Positions 35,631 through 49,096 of a stretch of 64,000 nucleotides of DNA are shown here, piece by piece. Source of the DNA: Escherichia coli. GTDB lineage: Bacteria > Pseudomonadota > Gammaproteobacteria > Enterobacterales > Enterobacteriaceae. The DNA lies in assembly GCF_013122565.1 (NCBI RefSeq), contig NZ_CP053258.1, one strand, 5' to 3'. Each line of letters opens with the position of its first letter. The stretch's first letter is position 1. Below the pieces are notes generated by a model. That model was not told the origin of the DNA. It was given only the letters and a program-made list of their open reading frames with translations, and ran no database searches. Made by a program: the position numbers and the translations under genes.

Positions 35631-36434
35631 ATGAACGCATTATTAACCAATCCCTTTAAAGAACGTTTACGCAAGGGCGAAGTGCAAATTGGTCTGTGGT
35701 TAAGCTCAACAACTGCCTATATGGCAGAAATTGCCGCCACTTCCGGTTATGACTGGTTGCTGATTGACGGGGAGCACGCGCCAAACACCATTCAGGATCT
35801 TTATCACCAGCTACAGGCGGTAGCGCCCTATGCCAGCCAACCCGTGATCCGTCCGGTGGAAGGCAGTAAACCGCTGATTAAACAAGTCCTGGATATTGGC
35901 GCGCAAACTCTACTGATCCCGATGGTCGATACTGCCGATCAGGCACGTCAGGTGGTGTCTGCCACGCGCTATCCTCCCTACGGTGAGCGTGGTGTCGGGG
36001 CCAGTGTGGCACGGGCTGCGCGCTGGGGACGCATTGAGAATTACATGGCGCAAGTTAACGATTCACTTTGTCTGTTGGTGCAGGTGGAAAGTAAAACGGC
36101 ACTGGATAACCTGGACGAAATCCTCGACGTCGAAGGGATTGATGGCGTGTTTATTGGACCTGCGGATCTTTCTGCGTCGTTGGGCTACCCGGATAACGCC
36201 GGGCACCCGGAAGTGCAGCGAATTATTGAAACCAGTATTCGGCGGATCCGTGCTGCGGGTAAAGCGGCTGGTTTTCTGGCTGTGGCTCCTGATATGGCGC
36301 AGCAATGCCTGGCGTGGGGAGCGAACTTTGTCGCTGTTGGCGTTGACACGATGCTCTACAGCAATGCCCTGGATCAACGACTGGCGATGTTTAAATCAGG
36401 CAAAAATGGGCCACGCATAAAAGGTAGTTATTGA
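35631..36434 (+). CDS. rhmA: 2-keto-3-deoxy-L-rhamnonate aldolase (HpcH/HpaI family)
   Basis: 267 aa from [13 protein letters not shown]...; the longer track ORF (35328) is an out-of-context extension overlapping rhmT. Confidence 0.9.
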   Translation: MNALLTNPFKERLRKGEVQIGLWLSSTTAYMAEIAATSGYDWLLIDGEHAPNTIQDLYHQLQAVAPYASQPVIRPVEGSKPLIKQVLDIGAQTLLIPMVDTADQARQVVSATRYPPYGERGVGASVARAARWGRIENYMAQVNDSLCLLVQVESKTALDNLDEILDVEGIDGVFIGPADLSASLGYPDNAGHPEVQRIIETSIRRIRAAGKAAGFLAVAPDMAQQCLAWGANFVAVGVDTMLYSNALDQRLAMFKSGKNGPRIKGSY

Positions 36435-36440
36435 TATCAA

Positions 36441-36467
36441 AGGCCCATGGGGATCGGCTGTGGGCCT
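36441..36467. terminator. Hairpin between convergent rhmA and ypaA
   Basis: AGGCCCAtggggatcggctgTGGGCCT. Confidence 0.45.
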
Positions 36468-36474
36468 GTGTTAA

Positions 36475-36696
36475 TTAGTGGTTATTCGCTGCCAGATCGG
36501 CTTCGCTTAGCTGGGTGGCCGCGAGCACCAGGTCACGATCAATGCCCTGTTCCAGCATGCGCAAAGCAATTTTAATGGCTTGTTCATGCATACCTTCCTG
36601 CAAACCTTCTAATTTACCTTGCTGCAAACCTACTAATTTACCTTCTTGCCAGCCAATTTGATGTCCTTCCTGCCGTAGCCGTTCAGCAATAGTCAT
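36475..36696 (-). CDS. ypaA: Free-standing duplicate of the Rpn (YhgA-like) C-terminal tail domain, with expanded 8-aa repeats
   Basis: 73 aa from ATG ([51 protein letters not shown]...); AAGGAG RBS 8 nt upstream; near-identical to the YfaD C-terminus apart from a 48-nt insertion. Confidence 0.6.
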   Translation of the reverse strand: MTIAERLRQEGHQIGWQEGKLVGLQQGKLEGLQEGMHEQAIKIALRMLEQGIDRDLVLAATQLSEADLAANNH

Positions 36697-36708
36697 CAAT
36701 CTCTCCTT

Positions 36709-36879
36709 TTAATGACAGTTCGGAATATCAGCATCAGTGAGTTGGGTTGCCGCCAGCACAATCTCACGTTCAAAGCCCTGCTCCAGCATGCGCAAAGCAA
36801 TTTTAATGGCTTGTTCATGCATACCTTCCTGCCAGCCAATTTGATGTCCTTCCTGCCGTAGCCGTTCAGCAATAGTCAT
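36709..36879 (-). CDS. Putative intragenic small protein (in-frame C-terminal 56 aa of RpnE with its own RBS and ATG)
   Basis: Inside rpnE, AAGGAGAG is followed 4 nt later by an ATG ([11 protein letters not shown]...); the same RBS-ATG context is reproduced at ypaA. Confidence 0.45.
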   Translation of the reverse strand: MTIAERLRQEGHQIGWQEGMHEQAIKIALRMLEQGFEREIVLAATQLTDADIPNCH

Positions 36880-37608
36880 CAATCTCTCCTTTTGTAGTGG
36901 TGAACGTTCGGCAATCTCCTCAATAAAACGGGTGAAACGGGAGGTATCGCCGCATTGCAGCAGATAATTAAACAGTGTTTGTAGCTGGCTGTCATTAGTG
37001 AAGCCTTTAACCAAAAGCGTGGTGATCCTGTCGACCATACCGATTAAATCGCGGTCGCGAATATGCTTTTGAATCAGTTCAAGCAGAGCTATACGCCGAT
37101 GTTGCATGATCTCATCGTCAGGTACGATGGTGATATCCACCAACGGAAAAGCTTCGGTGTACAACTGCCGGGCAAGTTGCGGATCGTCAAACTCATCCAG
37201 CCAGTTAAGTGAGTACGGGTAGGGCGAGGTTTCGCCATGATAAAACAGCAATGGCACCACCAGCGGAACTCTGTCATAGCCTTTATCCAGGTGACGCTGC
37301 ATGGCGGCAGTGGCATAGCGCATTAGCCGAAAAGCCATATTCTTTTCTGCAGAGCTTTGATGTTCAATCACGCAGTAGATATAACCGTCACCGTCGCTGG
37401 TTTCCACGGACCACAAAACATCCGAGTAGTAAGCGCGTAAACTTTTTTCAATAAAACTGGTGGGTTCCAGGCGTAAGGTTTGCAGGTTGCAAAGCTTGCG
37501 CAGCGGCTCTGGTAGATGTATTTCCAGAAAATCCCGTGCGGTTTCGGGTGTGAACATAAAGGTTTTAAACACCGCATCATGCGGGGAGGAGGTTGTTGAT
37601 TCGGTCAT
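36709..37608 (-). CDS. rpnE: Rpn-family (YhgA-like, transposase_31/PD-(D/E)xK) recombination-promoting nuclease
   Basis: 299 aa; N-terminal HDAVFK and ...[10 protein letters not shown]... motifs typical of YhgA-like nucleases; old name yfaD. Confidence 0.85.
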   Translation of the reverse strand: MTESTTSSPHDAVFKTFMFTPETARDFLEIHLPEPLRKLCNLQTLRLEPTSFIEKSLRAYYSDVLWSVETSDGDGYIYCVIEHQSSAEKNMAFRLMRYATAAMQRHLDKGYDRVPLVVPLLFYHGETSPYPYSLNWLDEFDDPQLARQLYTEAFPLVDITIVPDDEIMQHRRIALLELIQKHIRDRDLIGMVDRITTLLVKGFTNDSQLQTLFNYLLQCGDTSRFTRFIEEIAERSPLQKERLMTIAERLRQEGHQIGWQEGMHEQAIKIALRMLEQGFEREIVLAATQLTDADIPNCH

Positions 37609-37759
37609 GGTTGTCCGTCACCTGATATTTATGATGACGCGACATTACGGTTATCCCAGGCCTTTGACATCTGCCAGTTTCAGCCTTTGCGAGACGTTTT
37701 CAGAGGAATTTTCACTGCGTTGCAACGCATACATTGGGCACGGAATCGTGTACGCAAAA

Positions 37760-37789
37760 ATGCCCGGTAACAACATGCTTACCGGGCAT
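37760..37789 (-). terminator. Rho-independent terminator of glpACB (perfect 11-bp stem, then U-run on the minus strand)
   Basis: ATGCCCGGTAAcaacatgcTTACCGGGCAT, flanked by an A5 run on plus. Confidence 0.7.
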
Positions 37790-37800
37790 CAGAAGGGAGT

Positions 37801-41865
<4,065 letters not shown>

Positions 41866-41917
41866 TGTTATCCCTCTGAAGTTCGTTTTTTACCATTTAG
41901 CCATAGTAAAAACATGA

Positions 41918-41995
41918 ATTGTTTGATTTCGCGCATATTCGCTCATAATTCGAAAATGAAACGTGATTTCATGCGTCATTTTGAACATTTTGTAA
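41918..41995. promoter_or_regulatory. glpACB/glpTQ divergent control region with helically phased TTCG/CGAA half-site-like repeats (putative tandem GlpR operators)
   Basis: tgatTTCGcgcatatTCGctcataaTTCGaaaatgaaacgtgatTTCAtg; assignment rests on known GlpR control of this region. Confidence 0.4.
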
Positions 41996-42008
41996 ATCTT
42001 ATTTAATA

Positions 42009-42030
42009 ATGTGTGCGGCAATTCACATTT
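42009..42030. promoter_or_regulatory. CRP binding site in the glpA-glpT intergenic region
   Basis: aatGTGTGCggcaatTCACAttt (TGTGN-N6-TCACA, one mismatch to consensus). Confidence 0.65.
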
Positions 42031-42137
42031 AATTTCTGAATGTTTTCTTAACATCGCGGCAACTCAAGAAACGGCTGGTTCTCCCACTGAATCAGGCTGT
42101 TAATCATAAATAAGACCACGGGCCACGGAGGCTTTCA

Positions 42138-43496
42138 ATGTTGAGTATTTTTAAACCGGCGCCACACAAAGCGCGCTTACCTGCTGCGGAGATCGATCCG
42201 ACTTATCGTCGATTGCGCTGGCAAATTTTCCTGGGGATATTCTTTGGCTATGCTGCTTACTATTTGGTTCGTAAGAACTTTGCGCTCGCTATGCCTTACC
42301 TGGTGGAGCAGGGATTCTCACGCGGTGATTTAGGTTTTGCGCTTTCTGGGATCTCGATCGCCTATGGATTTTCGAAATTCATCATGGGTTCGGTATCGGA
42401 TCGCTCGAATCCGCGCGTTTTCCTGCCCGCAGGTTTGATTCTGGCGGCGGCAGTGATGTTGTTTATGGGCTTTGTGCCATGGGCGACGTCGAGCATTGCG
42501 GTGATGTTTGTACTGTTGTTCCTCTGCGGCTGGTTCCAGGGAATGGGGTGGCCGCCGTGTGGTCGTACTATGGTGCACTGGTGGTCGCAGAAAGAACGTG
42601 GCGGCATTGTGTCAGTATGGAACTGTGCGCACAACGTCGGTGGTGGTATTCCGCCGCTGCTGTTCCTGCTGGGGATGGCCTGGTTCAATGACTGGCACGC
42701 GGCGCTCTATATGCCCGCTTTCTGCGCCATTCTGGTGGCACTATTCGCCTTTGCGATGATGCGCGATACCCCGCAATCCTGTGGTCTGCCGCCGATCGAA
42801 GAGTACAAAAATGATTATCCGGACGACTATAACGAAAAAGCGGAACAGGAGCTGACTGCGAAGCAAATCTTCATGCAGTACGTGCTGCCGAACAAATTGC
42901 TGTGGTACATCGCCATCGCCAACGTGTTCGTTTATCTGCTGCGTTACGGCATCCTCGACTGGTCACCAACTTATCTGAAAGAGGTTAAGCATTTCGCGCT
43001 GGATAAATCCTCCTGGGCCTACTTCCTTTATGAATATGCAGGAATTCCGGGCACCCTGCTGTGTGGATGGATGTCGGATAAAGTCTTCCGTGGCAACCGT
43101 GGGGCAACCGGCGTCTTCTTTATGACACTGGTGACCATCGCGACTATCGTTTACTGGATGAACCCAGCGGGCAATCCGAACGTCGATATGATTTGTATGA
43201 TTGTTATCGGCTTCCTGATTTACGGCCCTGTGATGCTGATCGGTCTGCATGCGCTGGAACTGGCACCGAAAAAAGCGGCAGGTACGGCAGCGGGCTTTAC
43301 CGGGCTGTTTGGTTACCTGGGCGGTTCGGTGGCGGCGAGCGCGATTGTTGGCTATACCGTGGACTTCTTTGGCTGGGATGGCGGCTTTATGGTAATGATT
43401 GGCGGCAGCATTCTGGCGGTTATCTTGTTGATTGTTGTGATGATTGGCGAAAAACGTCGCCATCAGGAATTACTGCAAAAACGCAACGGAGGCTAA
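42138..43496 (+). CDS. glpT: Glycerol-3-phosphate:phosphate antiporter (MFS)
   Basis: 452-aa MFS transporter; RBS GGAGG; synteny. Confidence 0.95.
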   Translation: MLSIFKPAPHKARLPAAEIDPTYRRLRWQIFLGIFFGYAAYYLVRKNFALAMPYLVEQGFSRGDLGFALSGISIAYGFSKFIMGSVSDRSNPRVFLPAGLILAAAVMLFMGFVPWATSSIAVMFVLLFLCGWFQGMGWPPCGRTMVHWWSQKERGGIVSVWNCAHNVGGGIPPLLFLLGMAWFNDWHAALYMPAFCAILVALFAFAMMRDTPQSCGLPPIEEYKNDYPDDYNEKAEQELTAKQIFMQYVLPNKLLWYIAIANVFVYLLRYGILDWSPTYLKEVKHFALDKSSWAYFLYEYAGIPGTLLCGWMSDKVFRGNRGATGVFFMTLVTIATIVYWMNPAGNPNVDMICMIVIGFLIYGPVMLIGLHALELAPKKAAGTAAGFTGLFGYLGGSVAASAIVGYTVDFFGWDGGFMVMIGGSILAVILLIVVMIGEKRRHQELLQKRNGG

Positions 43497-43500
43497 TGGC

Positions 43501-44577
43501 ATGAAATTGACGCTGAAAAACCTTAGCATGGCGATCATGATGAGTGGAATGATCATGGGAAGCAGTGCAATGGCGGCGGACAGCAACGAAAAAATAGTCA
43601 TCGCCCATCGCGGTGCCAGTGGATATTTGCCGGAGCATACGCTGCCAGCAAAAGCGATGGCGTATGCGCAGGGAGCGGATTATCTTGAACAGGATTTGGT
43701 GATGACCAAAGACGACCATCTGGTTGTTCTGCATGACCATTATCTCGATCGTGTTACTGATGTTGCCGATCGTTTCCCGGATCGGGCGCGCAAAGACGGT
43801 CGTTACTACGCGATAGATTTCACGCTGGATGAAATTAAGTCGCTGAAATTTACCGAAGGTTTCGATATTGAAAACGGTAAAAAAGTGCAGACTTATCCGG
43901 GGCGTTTCCCAATGGGTAAGTCCGACTTTCGGGTGCACACCTTTGAAGAAGAGATTGAATTTGTTCAGGGGTTAAATCACTCTACCGGGAAAAATATCGG
44001 TATCTATCCAGAAATCAAAGCGCCGTGGTTCCATCATCAGGAAGGGAAGGATATTGCGGCAAAAACGCTGGAAGTGCTGAAGAAATATGGTTACACCGGT
44101 AAGGACGATAAAGTTTATTTGCAATGTTTTGATGCTGATGAGCTGAAGCGTATTAAGAATGAGCTGGAACCTAAAATGGGCATGGATCTCAATCTGGTAC
44201 AGCTGATTGCCTATACCGACTGGAATGAAACGCAGCAGAAACAGCCGGATGGAAGCTGGGTTAATTACAACTACGACTGGATGTTTAATCCGGGTGCGAT
44301 GAAACAGGTGGCGGAATATGCTGATGGTATTGGTCCGGATTACCATATGTTGATTGAGGAGACATCGCAGCCGGGTAATATCAAACTCACTGGCATGGTG
44401 CAAGATGCTCAGCAGAATAAACTAGTAGTGCATCCTTATACCGTGCGGTCAGATAAACTGCCTGAATACACTACTGATGTGAATCAGTTATATGATGCTC
44501 TGTATAACAAAGCGGGTGTAAATGGGCTGTTTACTGATTTCCCTGACAAGGCAGTAAAATTTCTTAATAAAGAGTAA
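43501..44577 (+). CDS. glpQ: Periplasmic glycerophosphodiester phosphodiesterase
   Basis: 358 aa from MKLTLKNLSMAIMM... (signal peptide ...SSAMA/AD); GDPD catalytic motif HRGASGYLPEHT. Confidence 0.94.
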   Translation: MKLTLKNLSMAIMMSGMIMGSSAMAADSNEKIVIAHRGASGYLPEHTLPAKAMAYAQGADYLEQDLVMTKDDHLVVLHDHYLDRVTDVADRFPDRARKDGRYYAIDFTLDEIKSLKFTEGFDIENGKKVQTYPGRFPMGKSDFRVHTFEEEIEFVQGLNHSTGKNIGIYPEIKAPWFHHQEGKDIAAKTLEVLKKYGYTGKDDKVYLQCFDADELKRIKNELEPKMGMDLNLVQLIAYTDWNETQQKQPDGSWVNYNYDWMFNPGAMKQVAEYADGIGPDYHMLIEETSQPGNIKLTGMVQDAQQNKLVVHPYTVRSDKLPEYTTDVNQLYDALYNKAGVNGLFTDFPDKAVKFLNKE

Positions 44578-44585
44578 TGCTACTG

Positions 44586-44611
44586 CAGGATGGCGTTCAT
44601 GCGCCATCCTG
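44586..44611. terminator. Hairpin between convergent glpQ and the LysR regulator
   Basis: CAGGATGGCGttcatgCGCCATCCTG. Confidence 0.55.
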
Positions 44612-44618
44612 TCTCACA

Positions 44619-45497
44619 TCAAATTTTTCCACTCTCCACTAATTGTTCCGTGCACATTTGCAGTAAAAACAGTGGGCTGCCTTCTACCGGCTTTTCTTTA
44701 GCCAGCAACGAAATCTGTCGATAGAAGGTTGGTTCGAGAGGAACGGAACACAATTCACCTGCAATGGTTTTCAGAGTTAACTCTGGTAATAAGGCGATAC
44801 CTAATCCCTGTCGAATAAAACTGATCGCTGTATCCGGGTGATTAAATTCATATTTTATCTGCGGGGTAATATTCTTTTCTTTAAATAACGTCATAATGCT
44901 TAATTCATAGCGCCCTTTACTAATAATTAACGATTCACCCATTAGCTCTTCCACTGTAATAGTGCTGCTTTTTGCCAGAGCATGGTCGGGCGGTAACACT
45001 ACGGTGAATTTATCCTGATAAATGGGCACGGAGTACATTCCGCTTACCGGAAAATGAACAAAACCGGCATCAATGGATTCATTCTGAAGCGAATCAATAA
45101 TCGCTGTGCTATTTTCCTCAAAAGGAATAATTTTTATATTCGGATGATGAATTTCAAAGTAGCGAATCACAACCGGTAAGATACAGGCGCAGACGCTGGG
45201 GAAACAACCAAGTCGCAGCGTTCTTTGAGGGTTCTGCTTTTCCTGTTCGGCTATCTCTTTTACTGCGTTAACTTCCCGATTAATGGCGCGCAGATGATGC
45301 ACAATGCGGTGGCCTGCTGTGGTCAGTTGTATAGTTTTACGGCGATCGCGTAACAGTATATTCACGCCAAGTTCTTGTTCGAGGGCAGCAATTGCCTGGC
45401 TTACCGCCGACTGCGTCATGAACAATCGCTTGCTGGCTTCAGTAAAGCCACCGTAATCCAGCACGGCGAGTAAAGAATTTATTTGGGTAAGAGTCAT
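44619..45497 (-). CDS. yfaH: LysR-family transcriptional regulator (intact)
   Basis: 292 aa; N-terminal HTH (FTEASKRLFMTQSAVSQAIAALE) plus LysR substrate-binding domain; symbol from position (K-12 yfaH is a fragment). Confidence 0.75.
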   Translation of the reverse strand: MTLTQINSLLAVLDYGGFTEASKRLFMTQSAVSQAIAALEQELGVNILLRDRRKTIQLTTAGHRIVHHLRAINREVNAVKEIAEQEKQNPQRTLRLGCFPSVCACILPVVIRYFEIHHPNIKIIPFEENSTAIIDSLQNESIDAGFVHFPVSGMYSVPIYQDKFTVVLPPDHALAKSSTITVEELMGESLIISKGRYELSIMTLFKEKNITPQIKYEFNHPDTAISFIRQGLGIALLPELTLKTIAGELCSVPLEPTFYRQISLLAKEKPVEGSPLFLLQMCTEQLVESGKI

Positions 45498-45648
45498 TAG
45501 GGTGTACTAATCAATAATATTAAAACGATTAATTTCTCTAATAGCATGCCGCCATTTATACTTTTGTTCTGCAAAGTACATCACAATTTGACGCAACCGC
45601 AGTAACGGGAGTGTTGTCTGCGTGCGTCATCCTGATAGGCGGTAGGGT

Positions 45649-46839
45649 ATGAAAGAGAAGTTATGGACGAAGGATTTTTGGGCAATAACCATCATCAGCT
45701 TTATTATTTTCTTCGTCTTTTATGTTTTACTAACATTGTTGCCAATTTATATCTCTGACCGCTTACATGCCTCTCCTGATAAAGCCGGTTTGTTGGTGAC
45801 TTTATTTTTAATTGCCGCCATTGTTATTCGCCCCTTTGCCGGGCAATGGGTGGGTAAATATTCGAATAAAACTATTCTGGTGCTCTCTTCTCTGGCCTTT
45901 TTATTGGTCACAGCGTTGTATCCTTTTTGCCACTCAATTGAATCACTACTTTTTATTCGGGTGCTTCATGGTATTACCTTCGGGGTTATCACTACGGTAA
46001 AAGGAACGATTTCCGCGCGGCTGATCCCGGCCTCCCGACGTGGGGAGGGCATCAGTTTTTTCTCCCTGGCAATGGGGCTGGCAATGGTGGTCGGGCCGTG
46101 GATTGGTCTGAATATGGCGCGCTGGGAAGCCTTTAATCTGGCTTTCTGGCTATGCACGGGCGTGGCAGCGGTGGGGATTATCCTGTCGCTGATTATGACA
46201 GTGCCACCGGTTATCAGCCATGCTGATGGTTCAAAGCCGAAAGTGGGCTTCGCCGCCATGTTCGATCGCGCAGCGTTGCCATTTGCGATGGTCACCTTTT
46301 TTATGACCTTTTCGTATGCCGGGGTTTCTGCTTTTCTGGCGCTTTATGCTCGCGAACTTAACCTGATGTCGGCGGCCAGTAATTTCCTGCTTTGCTATGC
46401 CATCTTCCTGATGATCTGCCGTACCTTTACCGGCAATGTCTGCGACAAAAAAGGACCGAAATATGTGGTTTACCCTTGCCTTGTGTTCTTTACGGTAGGA
46501 CTGGTGGTTCTCGGCTACACCCAGGGAAGCATAATGATGGTTATTTCTGGCGCGTTGATTGGTATCGGGTATGGTTCTGTGACGCCAGTTTTTCAGACGC
46601 AGATTATCAGTTCAGTGGAGCCGCATAAAATCGGTGTCGCAAACTCTCTCTTCTTCAATGCGATGGATGCAGGCCTGGCGCTGGGAGCCTTTGTGATGGG
46701 GATGATGGTTGCACATACTGGCTATCGGATGATCTATCTGCTGGGCGCACTATTAGTGGTAGTGGCTGGTGGAGTCTATGCGCTGCAAATGAAGGGTAAA
46801 AGCCCTGTCGCGCTAGTAGTGGCAAAAGAAATTCATTAA
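45649..46839 (+). CDS. MFS transporter (12 TM), divergent from the LysR regulator
   Basis: 396-aa hydrophobic MFS-type translation; substrate not inferable. Confidence 0.8.
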   Translation: MKEKLWTKDFWAITIISFIIFFVFYVLLTLLPIYISDRLHASPDKAGLLVTLFLIAAIVIRPFAGQWVGKYSNKTILVLSSLAFLLVTALYPFCHSIESLLFIRVLHGITFGVITTVKGTISARLIPASRRGEGISFFSLAMGLAMVVGPWIGLNMARWEAFNLAFWLCTGVAAVGIILSLIMTVPPVISHADGSKPKVGFAAMFDRAALPFAMVTFFMTFSYAGVSAFLALYARELNLMSAASNFLLCYAIFLMICRTFTGNVCDKKGPKYVVYPCLVFFTVGLVVLGYTQGSIMMVISGALIGIGYGSVTPVFQTQIISSVEPHKIGVANSLFFNAMDAGLALGAFVMGMMVAHTGYRMIYLLGALLVVVAGGVYALQMKGKSPVALVVAKEIH

Positions 46840-46919
46840 TACGACACGTTTCATTAAGATTTTTCGCAGGTAACCACCTATAGTCATTGTCGTTAATAAA
46901 AAATGACAGGCGATAGGGT

Positions 46920-47570
46920 ATGGCAGTTTCAGCAAAGCACGACGAATTTAATCACTGGTGGGCAACAGAGGGCGACTGGGTTGAAGAGCCTAACTATCGC
47001 CGTAATGGTATGAGCGGGGTGCAATGCGTCGAGCGCAACGGCAAAAAGCTGTATGTAAAGCGCATGACGCATCATCTGTTTCATTCCGTACGTTATCCGT
47101 TCGGCCGACCAACGATTGTCCGTGAGGTTGCGGTAATTAAAGAACTGGAACGGGCCGGTGTCATCGTGCCGAAGATCGTTTTTGGTGAAGCGGTGAAAAT
47201 TGAGGGTGAATGGCGCGCGTTGCTGGTGACTGAAGATATGGCGGGGTTCATCAGCATTGCTGACTGGTATGCCCGGCATGCAGTAACGCCTTATTCTGAC
47301 GAAGTACGGCAAGCCATGTTGAAAGCAGTGGCGCTGGCGTTTAAGAAAATGCATAGCATTAATCGTCAGCATGGCTGTTGTTATGTTCGCCATATCTATG
47401 TGAAAACAGAAGGTAAGGCAGAAGCTGGTTTTCTTGACCTGGAGAAAAGTCGTCGCCGCTTGCGTCGCCATAAAGCGATCAATCATGACTTCCGCCAGCT
47501 GGAAAAATATCTGGAGCCAATTCCCAAAGCGGACTGGGAGCAGGTGAAAGCGTATTACTACGCTATGTAA
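46920..47570 (+). CDS. inaA: Kdo/lipopolysaccharide-kinase-family protein InaA
   Basis: 216-aa translation MAVSAKHDEFNHWWATEGDWVEEPNYRRNGMSG... recognised as InaA. Confidence 0.85.
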   Translation: MAVSAKHDEFNHWWATEGDWVEEPNYRRNGMSGVQCVERNGKKLYVKRMTHHLFHSVRYPFGRPTIVREVAVIKELERAGVIVPKIVFGEAVKIEGEWRALLVTEDMAGFISIADWYARHAVTPYSDEVRQAMLKAVALAFKKMHSINRQHGCCYVRHIYVKTEGKAEAGFLDLEKSRRRLRRHKAINHDFRQLEKYLEPIPKADWEQVKAYYYAM

Positions 47571-47575
47571 TCGTT

Positions 47576-47612
47576 GTAGGCCAGATAAAACGCATAAGCG
47601 CCGCATCTGGCA
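47576..47612. repeat. REP-like palindromic unit between inaA and yfaE
   Basis: GTAGGCCAGATAAaacgcataagcgCCGCATCTGGCA resembles the E. coli REP consensus. Confidence 0.6.
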
Positions 47613-47623
47613 CTACAACCAAT

Positions 47624-47878
47624 TCACATCTCGATTTCAATATCGCCTTTTGCCCGGCAACAACAGGGCAAAATTTCCCCCGGCTGAATAAAGGCTAACG
47701 GTTCGGCAATCCAGTCCACCTGACCTGCAACCAGGCGTGTGCGACAGGAGCCGCAGTAACCTTCGCGACACTGGTACTCAACCGCCACATTGTGGGATTC
47801 CAGCGCCGCCAGAAGAGAAGGGTGTTCATCCTGGCACAGCAGTTGTGTGCCAGTGATGCGCAGGGTAACGCGGGCCAT
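47624..47878 (-). CDS. yfaE: 2Fe-2S ferredoxin YfaE (NrdB cofactor maintenance)
   Basis: 84 aa with four Cys in plant-ferredoxin spacing (CREGYCGSC...C); start overlaps nrdB stop. Confidence 0.9.
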   Translation of the reverse strand: MARVTLRITGTQLLCQDEHPSLLAALESHNVAVEYQCREGYCGSCRTRLVAGQVDWIAEPLAFIQPGEILPCCCRAKGDIEIEM

Positions 47879-49008
47879 CAGAGCTGGAAGTTACTCAAAT
47901 CGTCGGTGTCCACTTCCGCGTCAATCTGCCCGACCAGATAAGAACTGACTTCCACTTCCTGCGGAGCAACCTGCACGTTATCGGACACCAGCCAGGTGTT
48001 GATCCACGGGATCGGGTTGGAGCGAGTCTGGAACGGCAGATCCAAACCGACCGCCTGCATACGGATATTGGTGATGTACTCAACGTACTGGCAGAGAATG
48101 TCTTTATTCAGACCAATCATCGAACCGTCGCGGAACAGATAATCCGCCCAGTCTTTCTCCTGTTGAGCTGCCTGAACAAACAGGTCATAGCACTCCTGCT
48201 TACACTCTTCGGCAATTTCCGCCATCTCCGGATCATCTGCGCCGCTGCGCAGCAGATTCAGCATATGCTGAGTACCGGTCAGGTGCAGGGCTTCGTCGCG
48301 GGCAATCAGGCGAATAATTTTGGCGTTGCCTTCCATCAGTTCGCGTTCTGCAAAGGCAAAGGAGCAAGCAAAGCTGACGTAGAAACGAATCGCTTCCAGC
48401 GCGTTAACGCTCATCAGGCAGAGATACAGTTTTTTCTTCAGCTCGCGCAGGCTAACGGTTACGGTTTTACCGTTAACGGTGTGGGTGCCTTCGCCCAGAA
48501 GGTGCCAGTAGCTGGTCATTTCGATCAGTTCATCGTAATAGCTGGAGATCCCTTCCGCACGTTTCTGGATCTGCTCGTTGGTGACGATATCGTCAAACAC
48601 AACAGACGGATCGTTAATGATATTACGAATGATATGAGTATAGGAGCGGGAATGAATCGTTTCTGAGAACGCCCAGGTTTCGACCCAGGTTTCCAGTTCC
48701 GGGATCGAGATCAGCGGCAGCAGTGCCACGTTCGGGCTACGACCCTGAATGGAGTCCAGCAGCGTCTGATATTTCAGGTTGCTGATAAAGATGTGTTTTT
48801 CGTGTTCAGGCAGTGCCTGGTAATCGATACGGTCGCGAGAAACGTCAACTTCTTCCGGACGCCAGAAGAAAGAGAGCTGCTTTTCGATCAGCTTTTCGAA
48901 GATGTCATATTTTTGCTGATCGTAGCGAGCCACGTTGACCGGCTGACCAAAAAACATCGGTTCTTTAAGCTGATCATTTTTCGTCTGTGAAAAAGTGGTA
49001 TATGCCAT
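47878..49008 (-). CDS. nrdB: Class Ia ribonucleotide reductase beta subunit
   Basis: 376 aa; di-iron ligand contexts and C-terminal ...DDLSNFQL tail. Confidence 0.97.
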   Translation of the reverse strand: MAYTTFSQTKNDQLKEPMFFGQPVNVARYDQQKYDIFEKLIEKQLSFFWRPEEVDVSRDRIDYQALPEHEKHIFISNLKYQTLLDSIQGRSPNVALLPLISIPELETWVETWAFSETIHSRSYTHIIRNIINDPSVVFDDIVTNEQIQKRAEGISSYYDELIEMTSYWHLLGEGTHTVNGKTVTVSLRELKKKLYLCLMSVNALEAIRFYVSFACSFAFAERELMEGNAKIIRLIARDEALHLTGTQHMLNLLRSGADDPEMAEIAEECKQECYDLFVQAAQQEKDWADYLFRDGSMIGLNKDILCQYVEYITNIRMQAVGLDLPFQTRSNPIPWINTWLVSDNVQVAPQEVEVSSYLVGQIDAEVDTDDLSNFQL

Positions 49009-49044
49009 GAGTGTGTCCTGTGGTTTTATTACCCCTCACCCTAA

Positions 49045-49066
49045 CCCTCTCCCGCAAGGGGAGAGG
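49045..49066. other. GC-rich palindromic hairpin in the transcribed nrdA-nrdB spacer
   Basis: CCCTCTCCCgcaaGGGAGAGGG preceded by cccctcaccctaa. Confidence 0.55.
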
Positions 49067-49096
49067 GGACGGTTTGGTGCAAAGGCTGGGGGATTA

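Larger units (their letters stand above)
36475..36890 (-). repeat. Tandem direct repeat: the rpnE 3-prime end (about 180 bp) is duplicated as ypaA; ypaA holds three imperfect 24-bp repeats (36598-36669) against one in rpnE
   Basis: Identical blocks ccagcatgcgcaaagcaattttaatggcttgttcatgcataccttcctgc and ccagccaatttgatgtccttcctgccgtagccgttcagcaatagtcatcaatctctcctttt occur in both copies. Confidence 0.85.

Noticed and set aside
36709-37608. yfaD/rpnE as an insertion sequence or mobile element (transposase_31-like)
   Set aside because: No terminal inverted repeats or target-site duplication visible; it is a domesticated single gene with the same flanks (rhmA, glpC) expected from chromosomal synteny.
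45498-45648. LysR-type T-N11-A operator in the LysR/MFS divergent spacer
   Set aside because: Several A/T-rich candidates exist but none is a clear interrupted palindrome; not annotated without a motif scan.
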